Shown: piece after piece, positions 23,136 to 36,500 of the stretch
How the letters are laid out: each line of letters begins with the position of its first letter
Numbering within the stretch: the first letter of the stretch is position 1
Source: Catajapyx aquilonaris
Taxonomy: Eukaryota
Direction: 5' to 3'
Length of the DNA stretch: 64,000 nt
Assembly: GCA_000934665.2 (NCBI GenBank)
Contig: JYFJ02001507.1
Coordinates: forward strand, 1-64,000
Position numbers and translations under genes: made by a program
Notes under the pieces: model-generated
Databases searched by the model: none
Told to the model about the DNA's origin: nothing
What the model saw: only the letters and a program-made list of their open reading frames with translations

Positions 23136-26100
23136 TTAGAGCCAATCTTGCTTGATCATGTCGGCACCTTTCTCTGCAATCATGGTCACGGCAGCCATTA
23201 TGTTCGCACTGGGTATCGAAGGTATTACAGATGCATCGATAACACGCAACCCATTAACACCACGCACTCGTAATCTCGGGTCGAGAACTGCCATTGCATC
23301 ACTGTCATTCCCCATTTTGGCTGTACCGCAAAAATGAAACTCTGTCAACGTGTATTCGCGCAAGTGGCACTCCCAATATTCATCAGTCGTCATATCGAAT
23401 TGACGACATGCCGGAAATGGGATTGGCCACAGCGTCGAATTAACAATTTTGAATGAATCGGACTGGCCAAACTTAAGTGCTGTCTTGGCTGCCTCGATCA
23501 GTACTTTAATGTCATCTGGTTCACTCAGGTAATTGGCATGGAACACCGGGTGGCTCTCTGGGTTGCGATCTTTTAATGTCATGTACCCGCTACTCTTTGG
23601 CCTCATTATTGTCGCTAGTACCATCCAAGCATCACGATTAACCAACGGAGCATACACACTTTTCCACAATTCGTTTGAGATCCGATGCGCACGTCGTAAC
23701 CCCCCATAATCCGCCGCAACCGACCCGGCCGCAAATGTCAGTTGCACATCCGGAGAATCTTCCTGATCCGCGTACTTAGTCCGCACAAACGCCTGACCTT
23801 CAACCCCTCCCGGTATTGTAAAAGGACCTTCCCGTGTCATACCCCACAGCAGCAAATCTCCCGCATTGTACTTATTGACATTCCACGACACAGGACTGCT
23901 GATTGCAAATGTTATCCCTCCGACGCTTATGTGATCTTGCAAGTTACGTCCGACACCTTGAAGACTTGCAAGTACCGGTATTTCTAGTTCATTCAATGCT
24001 TGTGCCGGACCGATACCTGAGAGCATCAGCAACTTCGGCGATGCAAGTGCTCCTGCGCTCAGTATAACCTCACGTCGTGCCCTTGCTTCAGACATAGCCA
24101 AACCTCGTCTGAAACGCACACCAACAGCTCGTCCCCTTCTATCAAACACAATCCGATGCACCATTGCTTTTAAAGCCACATGTAAATTCCGTCTGTGTCT
24201 TACGGGCTGTAAGAAAGCCCGGTTATGACTGCACCGTTCGCCATTTCGGACTGTCAATTGCGGCTTCATAACCCCAGTCTGCCGCTCGCCGTTAACATCC
24301 ACTTCGGGATACCCCAACTCAATTCCAGCGTCCAGGAAGAGGCGGGAGAGCGGTGTCTCCCATTTGTTCTGCTGCACTGGAAGATATCCGCCTGTTCCGT
24401 GATGCCGTCTGTCTTGAGCGTACCTGCAACAGACAATCAGCCATTGACCGACCATCGTATGATATGCGAGAGAGTATACCTTTTATCCCGGTTGTCCTCC
24501 GATTTCCTAAAGTACTGCAGCACATCTTCGTAGCTCCATCCGACGTTCCCGACCGCTGCCCATCCGTCGTAGTCTCTCCGGTTTCCTCGTATGTACTGCA
24601 TGTAGTTTAACAGCGAGCTTCCACCGAGCCCCTTTCCTTGTGTCCATCCGCATCGCCCGGCAGTCATGCCTCGGCAGAAGGATGGGTCGGCTTCTGGGAG
24701 ATATCCCCAGTCGTACTGTGGGGTGCCGACCAGCAACGAAGGCAGGGCAGGCACCTGTCCGATAATTGATTCCTCTCCGCCTGCTTCTAACAGTAGGACA
24801 GTCCAGTTGGACACTTCGCTCAGGCGATTAGCTACGACACATCCTGCAGTACCTGCGATGACATTTTCTAATTAGTACAGTGCACCATCATTTGTCCAAC
24901 ACATATTGAAAAATTAAGCATTATTCTCACCTACACATGTCTAATTAGTAAATTGCAACATTTTTCCCCCCCAAAATGCAAGAAGTGCTGGACAATTAAC
25001 CATTGTTTTCGTTCACATACATGTCTAATTATAGTCAATTGCACCCAAAAAAAACTTACAAATTATGGAAAATTTAAGTGTTTTTTTTTCAGCCACACAT
25101 CAACTTTTTATCCGAAAAATGATGGAAAATTAAGCATGATTTTTCTCACCTACGCTTGCTAATTAGTAAATTGTAATCCATGTTTTTTTTATTTACCAAA
25201 GCAGCGTTTTGTTCACCGGCGTGACTAATTAGTAAGTTGCAACATTTTTAGCACTATTTTTCCAATAATGCTGGAAAATTGAGCATAATAATTGTTCACT
25301 CCTAAACATGTCTAATTATAGCAAATTCCAATGTATTTTTTCAAAAACGCTGGAAAATTATGCGTAATTAATTGTTCACATCTACACTTATCTTGATCTT
25401 AAAATTATCTTAATAATAATTGCAGGTGTAAATTGCAACATTTTTTTTTCTCCAAAATACAAGAAGTGCTGGAAAATGAAATAATTTTTCACCTACACAT
25501 GTCTAATTAGTAAACTGCAACTTTTTTTCCGGAAATGCTGGAAAATTAAGTGCAATTGTTCACACCTTCATATGTCTAATTAGTAAATTGCAGCATTTAA
25601 TTTTTCAAACTGCTGGAAAATTAAGCTTAATTTTTCTCAACATGCATGTCTAATTAGATTGCAACATTTTTTTCTTCTCCTAAACACAAAAAAGTGATGG
25701 TAAATTAAACTAAATTTTTCCCACCTTCAGTATACAGTACTTTAAAATTTAAATGGAACGTCCATTGTTCTGAGATGCACCTTTCTTCACCTGTGAAAAA
25801 ATTGCAATAATCTTGCAATCTTATCTTTTGGCAAAAAAAAAAACTATTGACCTTCACTTTTTTTTTGGTTTGCATTGTTTCAGCAAAACATAAGAGCATA
25901 TTGTATGCATATTGGGTATTAATAAAGAGAATTCTTTCTGGCGAACTAATTTCCACTCGTTATACCTGCATTACCGGTATAATGAATGTAAGGTATGCCA
26001 AGTTCCTTTTTGTTGTAGGTATAACCGGTCATGAACATGACCTGTACCGTCACTTTCTCTTCCAGTACTTGAATTTATCGGAATTATTATTTCAGTCCCC

Positions 26101-27494
26101 CTTTTTTTATTATAAATTGTGCACAGTCTGGATTCATTACTTGACCAGAATTGTAATTAGTGGCCTCCTTTTTTTGATTGGGAAGATAACTGCATTTTAC
26201 ACTGACATTATAATCATGTTTACAAACATTCTGCCTGTGTTATTTTTAGAAGGTGGGTTGAATGATGTAATATTTCACAATTGATTGAGGCTGAAGGGTG
26301 TTGCCAAAATATGTACGTGACAAACAAAGCTACCCAGGAAGTGGTACCTTGATTTATAATAATAGCTCTCACTGTGGTATGGTGTCCAAGGCAATCAAGG
26401 TGATTAAAATGCCATTAAAAAATATGATAATATGACCTATGGTACAGTATGTACAGTAGCATCGCTCCAAAGAGTGTGAAAATAATGTACATTTACAGGG
26501 AAAAAATTGGGAACTGCCCACTTGGACGTAGTACAAAATTCCACTAACAGATGGCGCGCATCTTCTCTCTCTCTGCACGCTACTGACACCACGTGATCAC
26601 TATGGATACAGTATCCAGGATACTACATGCACGTTGGTGATAAGTCAACGTATGTAGGGGCAGAGTCACGCCTATAGCCAATACTATGTAGGTTAGACGT
26701 GACTTTGTCCATATTCATGAACGTTGGTGATGAGTCAACGCGTGTATAGGGGACAGAGTCACGCCTAGACAATTCTGTATAAGACTGCTGAACATCCTAA
26801 TGCCAAAACTTGGCAACACTGCCCGGTCCTCTCCCCCACATGTGCAAAGTACGATAAGCCACCTACAGATGGCGCTCATATACACTCCTTCTGCACGCTA
26901 CTCCCACCTCACGGTGGTAACTGTAACTACATGCACGTTGGTGATGCGTCAACCTGTGTATAGGGACAAAGTCACGTCTAGCCAATCCTAATATAGAATT
27001 GGCTATAGACGTGACTTTGTCCTGGAATTACTTACAGAGTTACAGTAAGTAATCCCTATACGTGCACGTTGGTGATGAGTCAACGTGTGTATGGACGGAG
27101 CGGACAGAGTCACCGGTACGTGTTGAACTGAACGGAATAAAATGGGGGCAAGTTGAACGAATCATAGAATCGGCTAGGCGTGACTCTGTCTCTACACCGC
27201 GTTGACTCATCACCAACGTGCATGAGTATAGGGACAAAAAAAAGTCACGTCTAGCCAATTCTATATATGATTCCGTTCAGTTCAACACGTAAGATCCTTC
27301 GTATAGATGGCGCACTATACTCGGGACAAACAGAGGCACAGACTTATACACTACTATCACTGACCTGCACCCACCACAATAAAGTCGTACTCCCGGTCCA
27401 GCACGTGTCTCTGCACCACGTAGTCACCGAGACACGTCACAGCAGCCATACACACCAGGCATATCAGTCTTGCTGCATTGTTGGCGGCTCTCAT
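23136..27494 (-). CDS. Secreted GMC oxidoreductase (glucose dehydrogenase [FAD]-like)
   Basis: Exons 27365-27494, 24480-24852, 23136-24423. Shows a signal peptide, YDFIVVGA|GTAGCVVANRLSE (GxGxxG), GKGLGGSSLLNYM, EVILSAGALASPKLLMLSGIG, catalytic His in EFHFCGTAKMG and N in SANIMA. Confidence 0.92.
24900..25700. repeat. Degenerate tandem repeat in GMC intron 1
   Basis: Recurrent catgtctaattagtaaattgcaacattttt ... gctggaaaattaag units. Confidence 0.8.
26548..27312. mobile_element. Non-autonomous element with nested direct and inverted repeats
   Basis: cacgttggtgatgagtcaacg...ggacagagtcacgcctag occurs in about 4 direct copies and 1 inverted copy. Internal hairpins and 3 agatggcgc motifs. Confidence 0.55.
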
Positions 27495-27854
27495 TATTAT
27501 AATATTATTATTATATACAGTACTGTATCAAACCAGCACTGGTCAGCGCCAAGGTTTGAAACCTACTGTCGGCCTCGGTGTATTATACCCGTTGTAATAT
27601 ATTATGTTGAGGCAGGTTCGGGTAGTGTATAGTAGTCAGCCTTCGTTAAAATGCCATCTGACTGGCTACCCCTAGTAGTTTCGCAACAACTAGTTTTTCT
27701 CTCTCTCTTCTCTACTATGATATACCGACACACTTTCTTGGCTGTATTCCCCGCTTATTGTGTCCTACAAAAATTCGCAACAATAATTCACGAGATGCCC
27801 TTGGTCCAATGCTACATTTCCCATCAAGTGTGTGAAAAGAATCCACGTGCCTAA

Positions 27855-28570
27855 AGTGTGCCTCCACTTTGATGTCCCAGATAGTACCGTACCTTTCGGC
27901 GACATCTGTGCCTCAATTTTTTATGTCTCTCAGTACTTTTCAGCGACTTGTGTGCCTCAACTTTGTTGTCTCAGGTAGTACCTTTCATTGACTCAAAATG
28001 TGCTTCAACCAGGGAACATAATATAGGCTACTACATAAGAGGCGCAAACTTCTGCCCGCGCCTTATTGATGTTCGCGTCTCTCTGTTTGGGGCCGTTACC
28101 CAGGCTGGCGGCCATTTTGAAGTGTGGGCAACGCCCCAAACAGAGAGACGCGGAAATCGAATGTTTGCGCCTCTTATGTATAGTATATGCTCCCCGCTTC
28201 AACTTTGATATTCAGTGACGAAAGTGTACATTTTTCAGTGACAATAAGTGTGCCCCAACTTTGATGTACCAGAGAGTACTTTTCGTGGACAAAAATGTGT
28301 CTCAACTTTGATGTCTCAGATAGTATACCGTTGATGGACAAAAGTGTGCTTAAACTTTGATGTATCGAAGAATACTTTTTCAGTGACATGTGTGCCCCAA
28401 ATTTGACGTCCCAGATAGTACTTTTCAGGGATTACAAAATGTGCTTCAACTTTGATGTCCCAGATAGTACATTTCAGCGAAAAGAATGGTGTCTGAGATA
28501 GTACTTTTCAGTCACATAAAAGTGTGTCTAAACTTTAATGCCCCAGATGTAGTAGTACTTTTCAGGGACA
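27855..28570. repeat. Degenerate approximately 50-bp tandem repeat
   Basis: Unit approximately tgtgcctcaactttgatgtcccagatagtacttttcagtgacaaaa, interrupted at about 28010-28195. Confidence 0.8.
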
Positions 28571-28905
28571 AGGTTAGGTTATGCAACTTGTCCTGTTTAT
28601 TTATTTATTTTTTTGTGACGATTAAAAAAACAGGTTTGGGTTGTGGGCAAACGAGTTGGTGACAGCTCCTCTGGTTAGATGGGTCCCAACGTGGCAACCT
28701 CCACTATTTTTTTTTTTTCGCTCCTCCCCAAAAAATTCCTGACTAATTCTCCTGACCGCGGGCAATGTTGTCAAGGCCTTTCCCCAAATTACCCTGCCCA
28801 GTTTTCATTGGAGGAAAGCCCTCCTCCTCTCCCAAAAAAGGGCCACCTGGGGTGAACTGTTGAACCCCCCCTCTCCCAAAAAGAAAAGAACAAACTGTGT
28901 GTGTG

Positions 28906-29686
28906 ATGGCGTTGGTCTTTCTTGCACTTCTCTTGTGGTGTGGAGGAACCGATGGTGGACCTGTCCGCACCATTGTTGTGACTCAGAAGCCGGTTAGGTT
29001 GAATGTCAGTACGACCAGCACTGAAGGTCCATCGTTGCTGGTGCTTCTGTGGAACCGGAGATACAAAGAGGTGCACAACATAACATGCGATGGACCGGAT
29101 GTACCGGTATTCACCGACTCTGTTGGAGTGTTGGCCGTGCCCAGAAACATCACCAGTACGTATCGACAACCACGTACATTTTTATACAAATTAATAACTT
29201 GTATTCGCAGGCAACCAGCGAGACCGTGTGGTTACCCTCACTTATGAGGTGATGGTTAAGCGGCCCCAGCGGATCCTCAGCGCTGAATTATTCGTCCGGC
29301 TGCACCGCTGGTTCGGGCATGATAGTGCGGACCTGGGCCAGCAGGGTGTAACGTGCGTCCTCCGTTACCAGGACGGCTGGTCTGGATTAGGAGTACCGGA
29401 TCCCTCTGCCCCACCAGACGACCCCAGACTTAGCTTCGATGTCACGCACGTCCTCCGTAACGCCTTTGCATCTCCGTTCCCTGGAAAGCACAACATCATT
29501 TTTCAACTCGAGGCTCGTAACTTGAAAGGAGGTGCTCCCAGGAGTCCGAAGAAGATACTGAGGCTTGGAAGGCGTGGTTCCAACCATGCGCCAGTGTTGG
29601 ACATCCGCTTCCCACCGTGCCAGTCCATGCAGGATGAATCGCCTGTCCCCATGATGCAGTTCTTGGCCGGGAGTCAAGGAGTGTGA
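28906..29686 (+). CDS. Secreted protein resembling a TGF-beta family prodomain, without an intact mature domain
   Basis: Exons 28906-29155 and 29211-29686 (55-nt GT-AG intron). Shows signal peptide MALVFLALLLWCGG and the ordered motifs ILSAELFV, LSFDVTHVL and PVLDI. Confidence 0.6.
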
Positions 29687-32600
29687 AAGAGCGGAAAAAA
29701 GGCTGGGTCGCACCAGCACTAAAGATGGCCTCAATGAGGCTGCAGTAAAACCTCTGTACATTGCTCCAAGTGCATTTATATTTGCCGAATGGTACTTAAT
29801 ACGATTTAAACATTGACAGAACAGGTTGAATTTCGACAAGATCTCGACACATCTGCAGAGGTTTAACTGTAGTCACAAATTTTTCTATGGGCATTATTCC
29901 TGCAAATGTGTACTTGGCGGGATCTGTTCAGGTAGCAAGAGAAGAAATGATAGACCAAGATTTTTTTTTTCCTTCTGTTAATGTATTGCTTTCTTCTTTT
30001 TCTTTTTCATTGTCATGTTTCTAAATCGGATAAAATTGTCTTCTATCACACTTAAGAGGTCTACCGCACAGAGACCCTCGGACTTATCCCCAATCCTTGT
30101 CCTTCGTATCCACCAATCCGCACTGGCCATCCTTCAATAAGCTCTGTGGATCGATTGGATTGAAATTTTAAAGTTGTAAACAAATGTGACATCTTCAAAA
30201 AACCGAAATGCAAATGACCATGTACAATGTTCACGTAGGACAGCATAGCAATTATTTAACCACTGACATCGAAAGGACCAGGTACAAGTCCTAGAGGACA
30301 CCATGAGTAGACTCCTTTACAAGTTTTTTTAACAATAAACATTCACAAGTATTATCCTACAACTGTTTACAACAGGGCATTTCAAAAAGTGCTTACAAAA
30401 TATCTAAAAATACATTTCGGAAAAATCTACAACCATTGTGACTTCCTAATTCCTTTTTTTCCCCCCCTTTTCTTCTCCTCGGCAAAAAATTGCTGAGAGA
30501 AATATGGGGGGGAAAAAAAGCACACGTTTTTGCTACGCCCCTTGCAAAATGTATAAAAATATACATTGGACAAAATTAAAAGAGGAATAAAACAACAACT
30601 ATGGTTCTACCAACCGACAAAAAAAAAAGGCTGTAAACTGAAAGGGATATTATGCTTGTGTTTTTTTTGCAATCGAGATTGCAACATGTGTCAGGTGGCT
30701 TATTTTTTTTTTCAGTTAGTACCTTTCGTCATTCCTTGGCATTAGTAATAATGGCAAATAGTTTCTCAAAAGAACTAATAAACAGACGAGTGATATATTT
30801 TTTATCTTTTAGCGTGGTTCATGAGTGGAACGTAACTACCTCTAGGACACTTTGACACCCAATAAGAAACACTGAGATTTTGTTCGCGTTAACGTCTAAG
30901 AGACCCAAAGTGCTAAAATTAAAAAGTGATTGACTACTTTTTTTTAAAAAAAAGGTGTCACCTACATGATTTGTGCAGAACTGTAACCATTCTTGTTAGG
31001 AACTTTCCGGCTGAAATTCAAGGCAACTTATTAGCCGACAAAGGCATGCCAATAAAATGTTTCTTTTACTTGACCAATATAAACTTTCATTTTTAAGTTA
31101 CACCGATTTATGCAGATATCCGTACAAGGTAGGTCATTGGAGAGATGCGACTTGATTTTTACATTTTTTTGGGGAGACCAAAGGCCGTTGTTTTCCTTCA
31201 AGGACAGATGTGTTTAATCGCGTAGGAACTTAGTAACTGCCATTCATGCTACTTAAAAAAAAAATCTATCGGAATCTCGATCGGAATCCACAGACTAATC
31301 ACATCAACATAGGAGCGAACAATCGGGAGTGAACATGTCATTTCAACAGACATTACTATTTATCATCAAAAGACAAATATGGCCCAGCACAATTATCTTG
31401 CGTAAAATCAAAAAGACCGCCACAAGCTTAAACGTTAGGTGACTAACACTGAACATTTTACTTTGCGCTTTAAAAAAAAAAATGCAATACATTCAAGCAC
31501 AAAAATGACACTAAACTCATTCTCTTAGCAGAGCACCAGAATAGCAAATTGACAATTGTATACAACAATCATGTGACTGGAAAACATGTGATATGGATAT
31601 ACATACAATGTATAATAACACAATAAAGTCATAATTTTTTTCCGGCATCGTAAACCAGAAGTGCAGTTCTTTCCATTATTATTTTTTCCATAGTGGCTCT
31701 CGTACATACAGGAAAGAAAAGAAAAAAAGCCCCGACGTGGAACTTGTGCTAATTAAAAATGAAGTATAGTTAATGCAATTTGTACTCCACTCGCCTATTT
31801 ATATATACACTCAAATAAATTCAGTCTGTTTATTAGTTTCTACTTTGGGCTTTGTACATCCAAGTTTACTTAACGTAGCGAGTTAATGAATGCGAAATTA
31901 AAAGAGCACCATGCAAAAAAAAGTAAAGCAGTTAGCCGCCTTGGGCTTAAGTACGTCCTCACACCAAAAAAAATAAAATAATACCCTCCGAAATCTTACG
32001 ACAGACTTTAATCCCTTTTCTTTTTTTTTGGCACACTCAACTGCCAAAGAAAAATATAATAAAGACAAATCACACCATCGAGTGCGATTTAAAAAAAAAA
32101 ATGCAGCTGAACTTTGGCAAGACCAATTTCCGAATATTCCGATGCCCTTAGAATCCATCACTACACTTTTGCGAGCCTACACAACAGCAACAGGACAATG
32201 TAGCTGTCAAGTGTGATACAAAGAGATACTGTAGTTAGGTACATTCTTTTTTTTTAACACTTAACAAGTGTCACAGAATGCAAAATAAGGTTTGGGAGAG
32301 GGGACTATATTTACAAGTAGACATGTTTTCTTTTTTAAAGCTGTACGTCAGACACGTAGGATCTTCTTTCTCACGAGTAGTCCATGATGCTATTGTCCTC
32401 AGGAGAACCATTTCTTATATCGTGATATATGTATATTTTTAAAACCATTACAAAATTTTTTTTGCACGTTCAGCGCAGTATTACAGGAAAAGTTGTAAAA
32501 GGAAGGAATGTCAGGTACTGAACTCTGTCCATTCCGATAAAAATTTCTCATTCTTGCAGTATGTACACGCTTTCTCCCATGATTCAAGGAGTACAAAGCG

Positions 32601-33500
32601 CAGCAGCACGAAACTTGGCTGCTACGTTACTTTATAAATCTGCCGAGCTTTTTAAAAATGTTACCTAAACATTAGCAAATAAAAAAGCAATAAGCTCTAT
32701 TTCGGTGACGAATTAGCGTTATTAATGTAGAAGACTATGTATCTTGTAAGTAGACCCACTACTCATTTAAAATTAGTTCCTCTGTTATTGCAACAGGCAA
32801 CGAGAACAGACGGACCTCTAGATGACACTGTGTGTGATAAGCATTTCCAGCCATTTTTGACTTGCGCACATTGCATGTACAATCGATAGTGCCCATCAAT
32901 TTCCATCTGTCTTTCCGATTCTCTGCTCCCGTCATCTGCTGTCCCTATTCGAAAAACCACTCACGCCATTGTTGCACACCCAAAACTTAACAATTAAAAT
33001 ACTCTGATTTACCTATCAACAGTCAGTAAACTAATGACAAAAAAAAAAGAGCTGTGCCTTTTTTTTTTCAACAACAAAAAATAGGGGTCTTGCCTGTACA
33101 ACCATTTCACACCATACGCCGTCCAAGAAAAAAAATCTGATGCAGTAAAACTATGGTCCTTTCGCCGCCAAAAAACATGGCAGGCGCAATGTAAATAGAG
33201 TGGGTCAAAGTGTAAAAAATCTGATCACTTTTTAGCATACATGTACATTTTTTTGTAGTTGATTCATGGTGACAAAAAAAGAGCCACTCAAACCTTCCTC
33301 TTTTTGGCCTTCTGCGACTGGATGGCACCGGACTTCCGCCGCTTCAGTTTCCCTCGCTTGGGATCGTCGTCGGCTTTGGCGACTATTCCTTTCTTTTTTC
33401 CGGCTCCCGAGGAAGCAGGAGATTGCTGTTCCGATTGCAACGACGCTGCAGGGGACCTCTTCCTCTTCCTCTTTGCCCACCTTCCAGGTTGCTGTGTTAG

Positions 33501-36500
33501 TCATCTAAACAGTGGCGCCTTGCTGCTGCGGGCAGATGCAACGCGCGAGCTGGAAAGAATCCAAGGGAAAATCAGCGCACGGATCAGTCCGAGCCGCAAG
33601 TGAGAAGTCGGATGGAACAAAGCAGCGAGCTAAAAGCGACCCTTTTAGCTCAATTCCTTTGTCAGTTCGACTCTCACGTGAGGATTAAAGCATCGACTTT
33701 AACAACAAATGTTATTAGCCTGATTTACATTTCATTGCATAATCCTGTTGCCTTCATACCAACAGCAGATGGACATATAATTACATAAAGTTATTATACA
33801 GTAACTCTGTACACAGACACACCAGGCATCACACAGAGAAAGAGGGGATAATAAGCAGGGTTCAAATGCGTGTCCTAACCTGGTTCTTGGCAACACAGTG
33901 GCGGCTAGGTTGTGGCTTTCCTTCCCCTTTGTGCCGTACTGCCTCCCAACAGCAGCAGTCCTGTTCCAGCCCAAGCCGCAAGAAACAAGAGGAGGGAGAG
34001 AGAGAGAAAAAAAATAGACCAGAGGCAGACCACAAAAACACAAAAAGCAAATGGCACAGCAGCTTAAAAAAATAAAGCACAGCAAAACAGATTTTAAAAA
34101 GGCTGGCGCAAAAATCACATGCACACATATGCTTTGATCTCTGTACAAATATATACCGCGAAGTAATCGCTTCCCCGTGCAACAATGTCAGACGAAACGG
34201 TTTTTAATCTCCAAGTTCGCAAAAGAATTTCTTCGGAAGAACAAAGCCGGTTCATCAATTCAAAAGGCCTGCATATCCTGCTGATAATACAAGTGCATCT
34301 AATTAGCTTTTTAAAAAGTGCAAACGTGGGAAAATCCTTCGTAACATCTTTCGCAACCTGTCAGCGTTTCTTTCGAATGCAAATGTAGCCAAAGCAATGT
34401 CAAGGTGTAGGTTGCATCACACGTCATCTGGCACGTGTACGCATTTGAGTACATAGAGTGCGTGGGAGCAAACTGTGGGCAGACAATGAGGTTTCATGCC
34501 TGCCTCTCGTTTTGTGGGCATAAAAAAGGGGTGTCGCCCGACATGACGCAATTCTATTATTCGTAAGATATTCACAGGTAGGAATCATCGCATGATTCCG
34601 ATGCTTCCCACTGCTCAAGGCCACCCAAGGTGTCGCAACCGATGCACCTTAATATCCCCGTATCCAAGAAAATGGATTTCATAAGTGAGAACGGTGGCGC
34701 TTGCATCCAAATTCTCAATTTGAGAAACAGCTGCAACCAAAATTGCGTTCCATTAGTACACACTTTCCGCCAAACACTAGCGCTAAAAGGCTAAACTGAA
34801 AAGCATCGCAACCAAAGAACTCCATGCTCATTACAACCTGCGTTAATGACACTTGCGCAACAGTAAACCTCCCGAAACTCAACCCCTTTAGAAAAAAGCA
34901 ACATTTGGGCTCTCTTTTCGGCCTGTAGCAGGCACGGGGAGGGAGGGGGACTTACATGGGTGCGACACGCAACCTGTTTCCCTTGTCCGCGCTTCTGAGA
35001 ACCATAGTTTGGCCAGAGAGAGAGTGGTGGTGGTGGTATGGGCTGAGAGTTAACGTACTTTGGGGGACTGAGGACGGTGTGTGCAGAGGTGACGGAGAGG
35101 TTGAGACGGGAGTGGAGGAGGCTAGGGAGGCAGCGTAAGACCGGGTCAGGGGTCGCCCGCATGGGGAAGTCAGGGTCACCCTGTTGACGTGCAGCAAGCG
35201 GTTGTTCCCATAGCCAGAGTTAAGGCGACTTTGTCTACAATGAAGACAGAGCAACATGTGGGTTGGGAGGAGACGACAAGGGGAGTTCGACACGAAAAAA
35301 AAGGTGTGGGGAACAATTAAGGGTCGCAAAAACATCCTCGACCGAGATTCACAAAAAGTTATTTACAACATGTGCAAGGAAGTACGACTTGCAAAAAACC
35401 TAGAAACTAAGAGGTTCATCAAGTCGGTACATTAAAACCCGTACAAAGCATGCAAAAATATTTTTGAAGCAACGTATCGTCCTGCATCTGAAATCACTTG
35501 CTACGGTTAAAATTAATTTTGTACAATTCATTCCGGGCCGGATGTGCGAACCCAAGTTAACGTTAACTACGGAGTCAGCTGTTGTTCACATGCAAGCCCA
35601 TAGTTATTGCAACTTGCCCAGTGTCACCTTCTAATTCAGACACATTTCGCAAGTTTGGGTTCAGGCTTCGGATTTGCAACAGTGCAAAAATCAGAATCAG
35701 CGATAAACAATATTCAATAAGATTAGGAGATCAACACACACAGAGATTTTTAATTAGCCAGCATGGGTTTACAATATTACTTTTTGTACCAGTCCTGTTC
35801 CGTTAATGGCATGTGAAAAGTTCAGGGTTCGTTAACAGGGAATCCAAGGTAAAGCCAATCAGCAATATTCCCTTCAAATCATTACAAACACTTTGCCTAT
35901 CCTGGCATGCCTTGTGCGAACCTTCCAGATGTGGAAATACGCGGACCAAAGTTTCAAACGCGCGTACCTCTTCGGCGAGCTGACGAGCGATCCCCTTGTG
36001 GTCCGTTTCGATGCCGCTTCCTTCCCTTGTGCGGCTGCTATAGTGGCCGTCACCTTAGTTGCCTTCATCGGGGACAGGTTGGTCTGGGTCAGGACGCTGC
36101 CGGACCCCTGATACACCTGGCTCTTGCTGCGGGTGTGGATCTTGCCATCATCGGTGCTACGGGCGGTTCAAAAGAGAGAGCAGTTAACCCCCTGCAAAAT
36201 TCACGGAAGCTGGCATAAGAGTCCAAACGCAAGGGTCGAAAAGTGCAGCAAGTGCAGGCAATTATTAAAGCAAGGACCGTTAAACCAACAGAATGTGCAA
36301 GGAACAGTCCTTACTACAGTGCTCCAGTTGTGGCCGACCTCGGATGGTGCCTCATCGCCTTGATCTGGTTCAGGACGTCACCTTGCGTCCGACCCCCGAC
36401 CCCGCCTTCTTCCTCGGCGACCACCACGTTTCCCTCCTGGTCCGAGTCTATGATGACTTCCGTTCTCCTGCTTCTCCTGTTCCGATTCTCGTCATCGTCC

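Noticed and set aside
24853..27364. GMC gene apparently 5'-truncated
   Set aside because: The missing first exon (signal peptide plus YDFIVVGA) was found at 27365-27494, below the ORF-track length cutoff.
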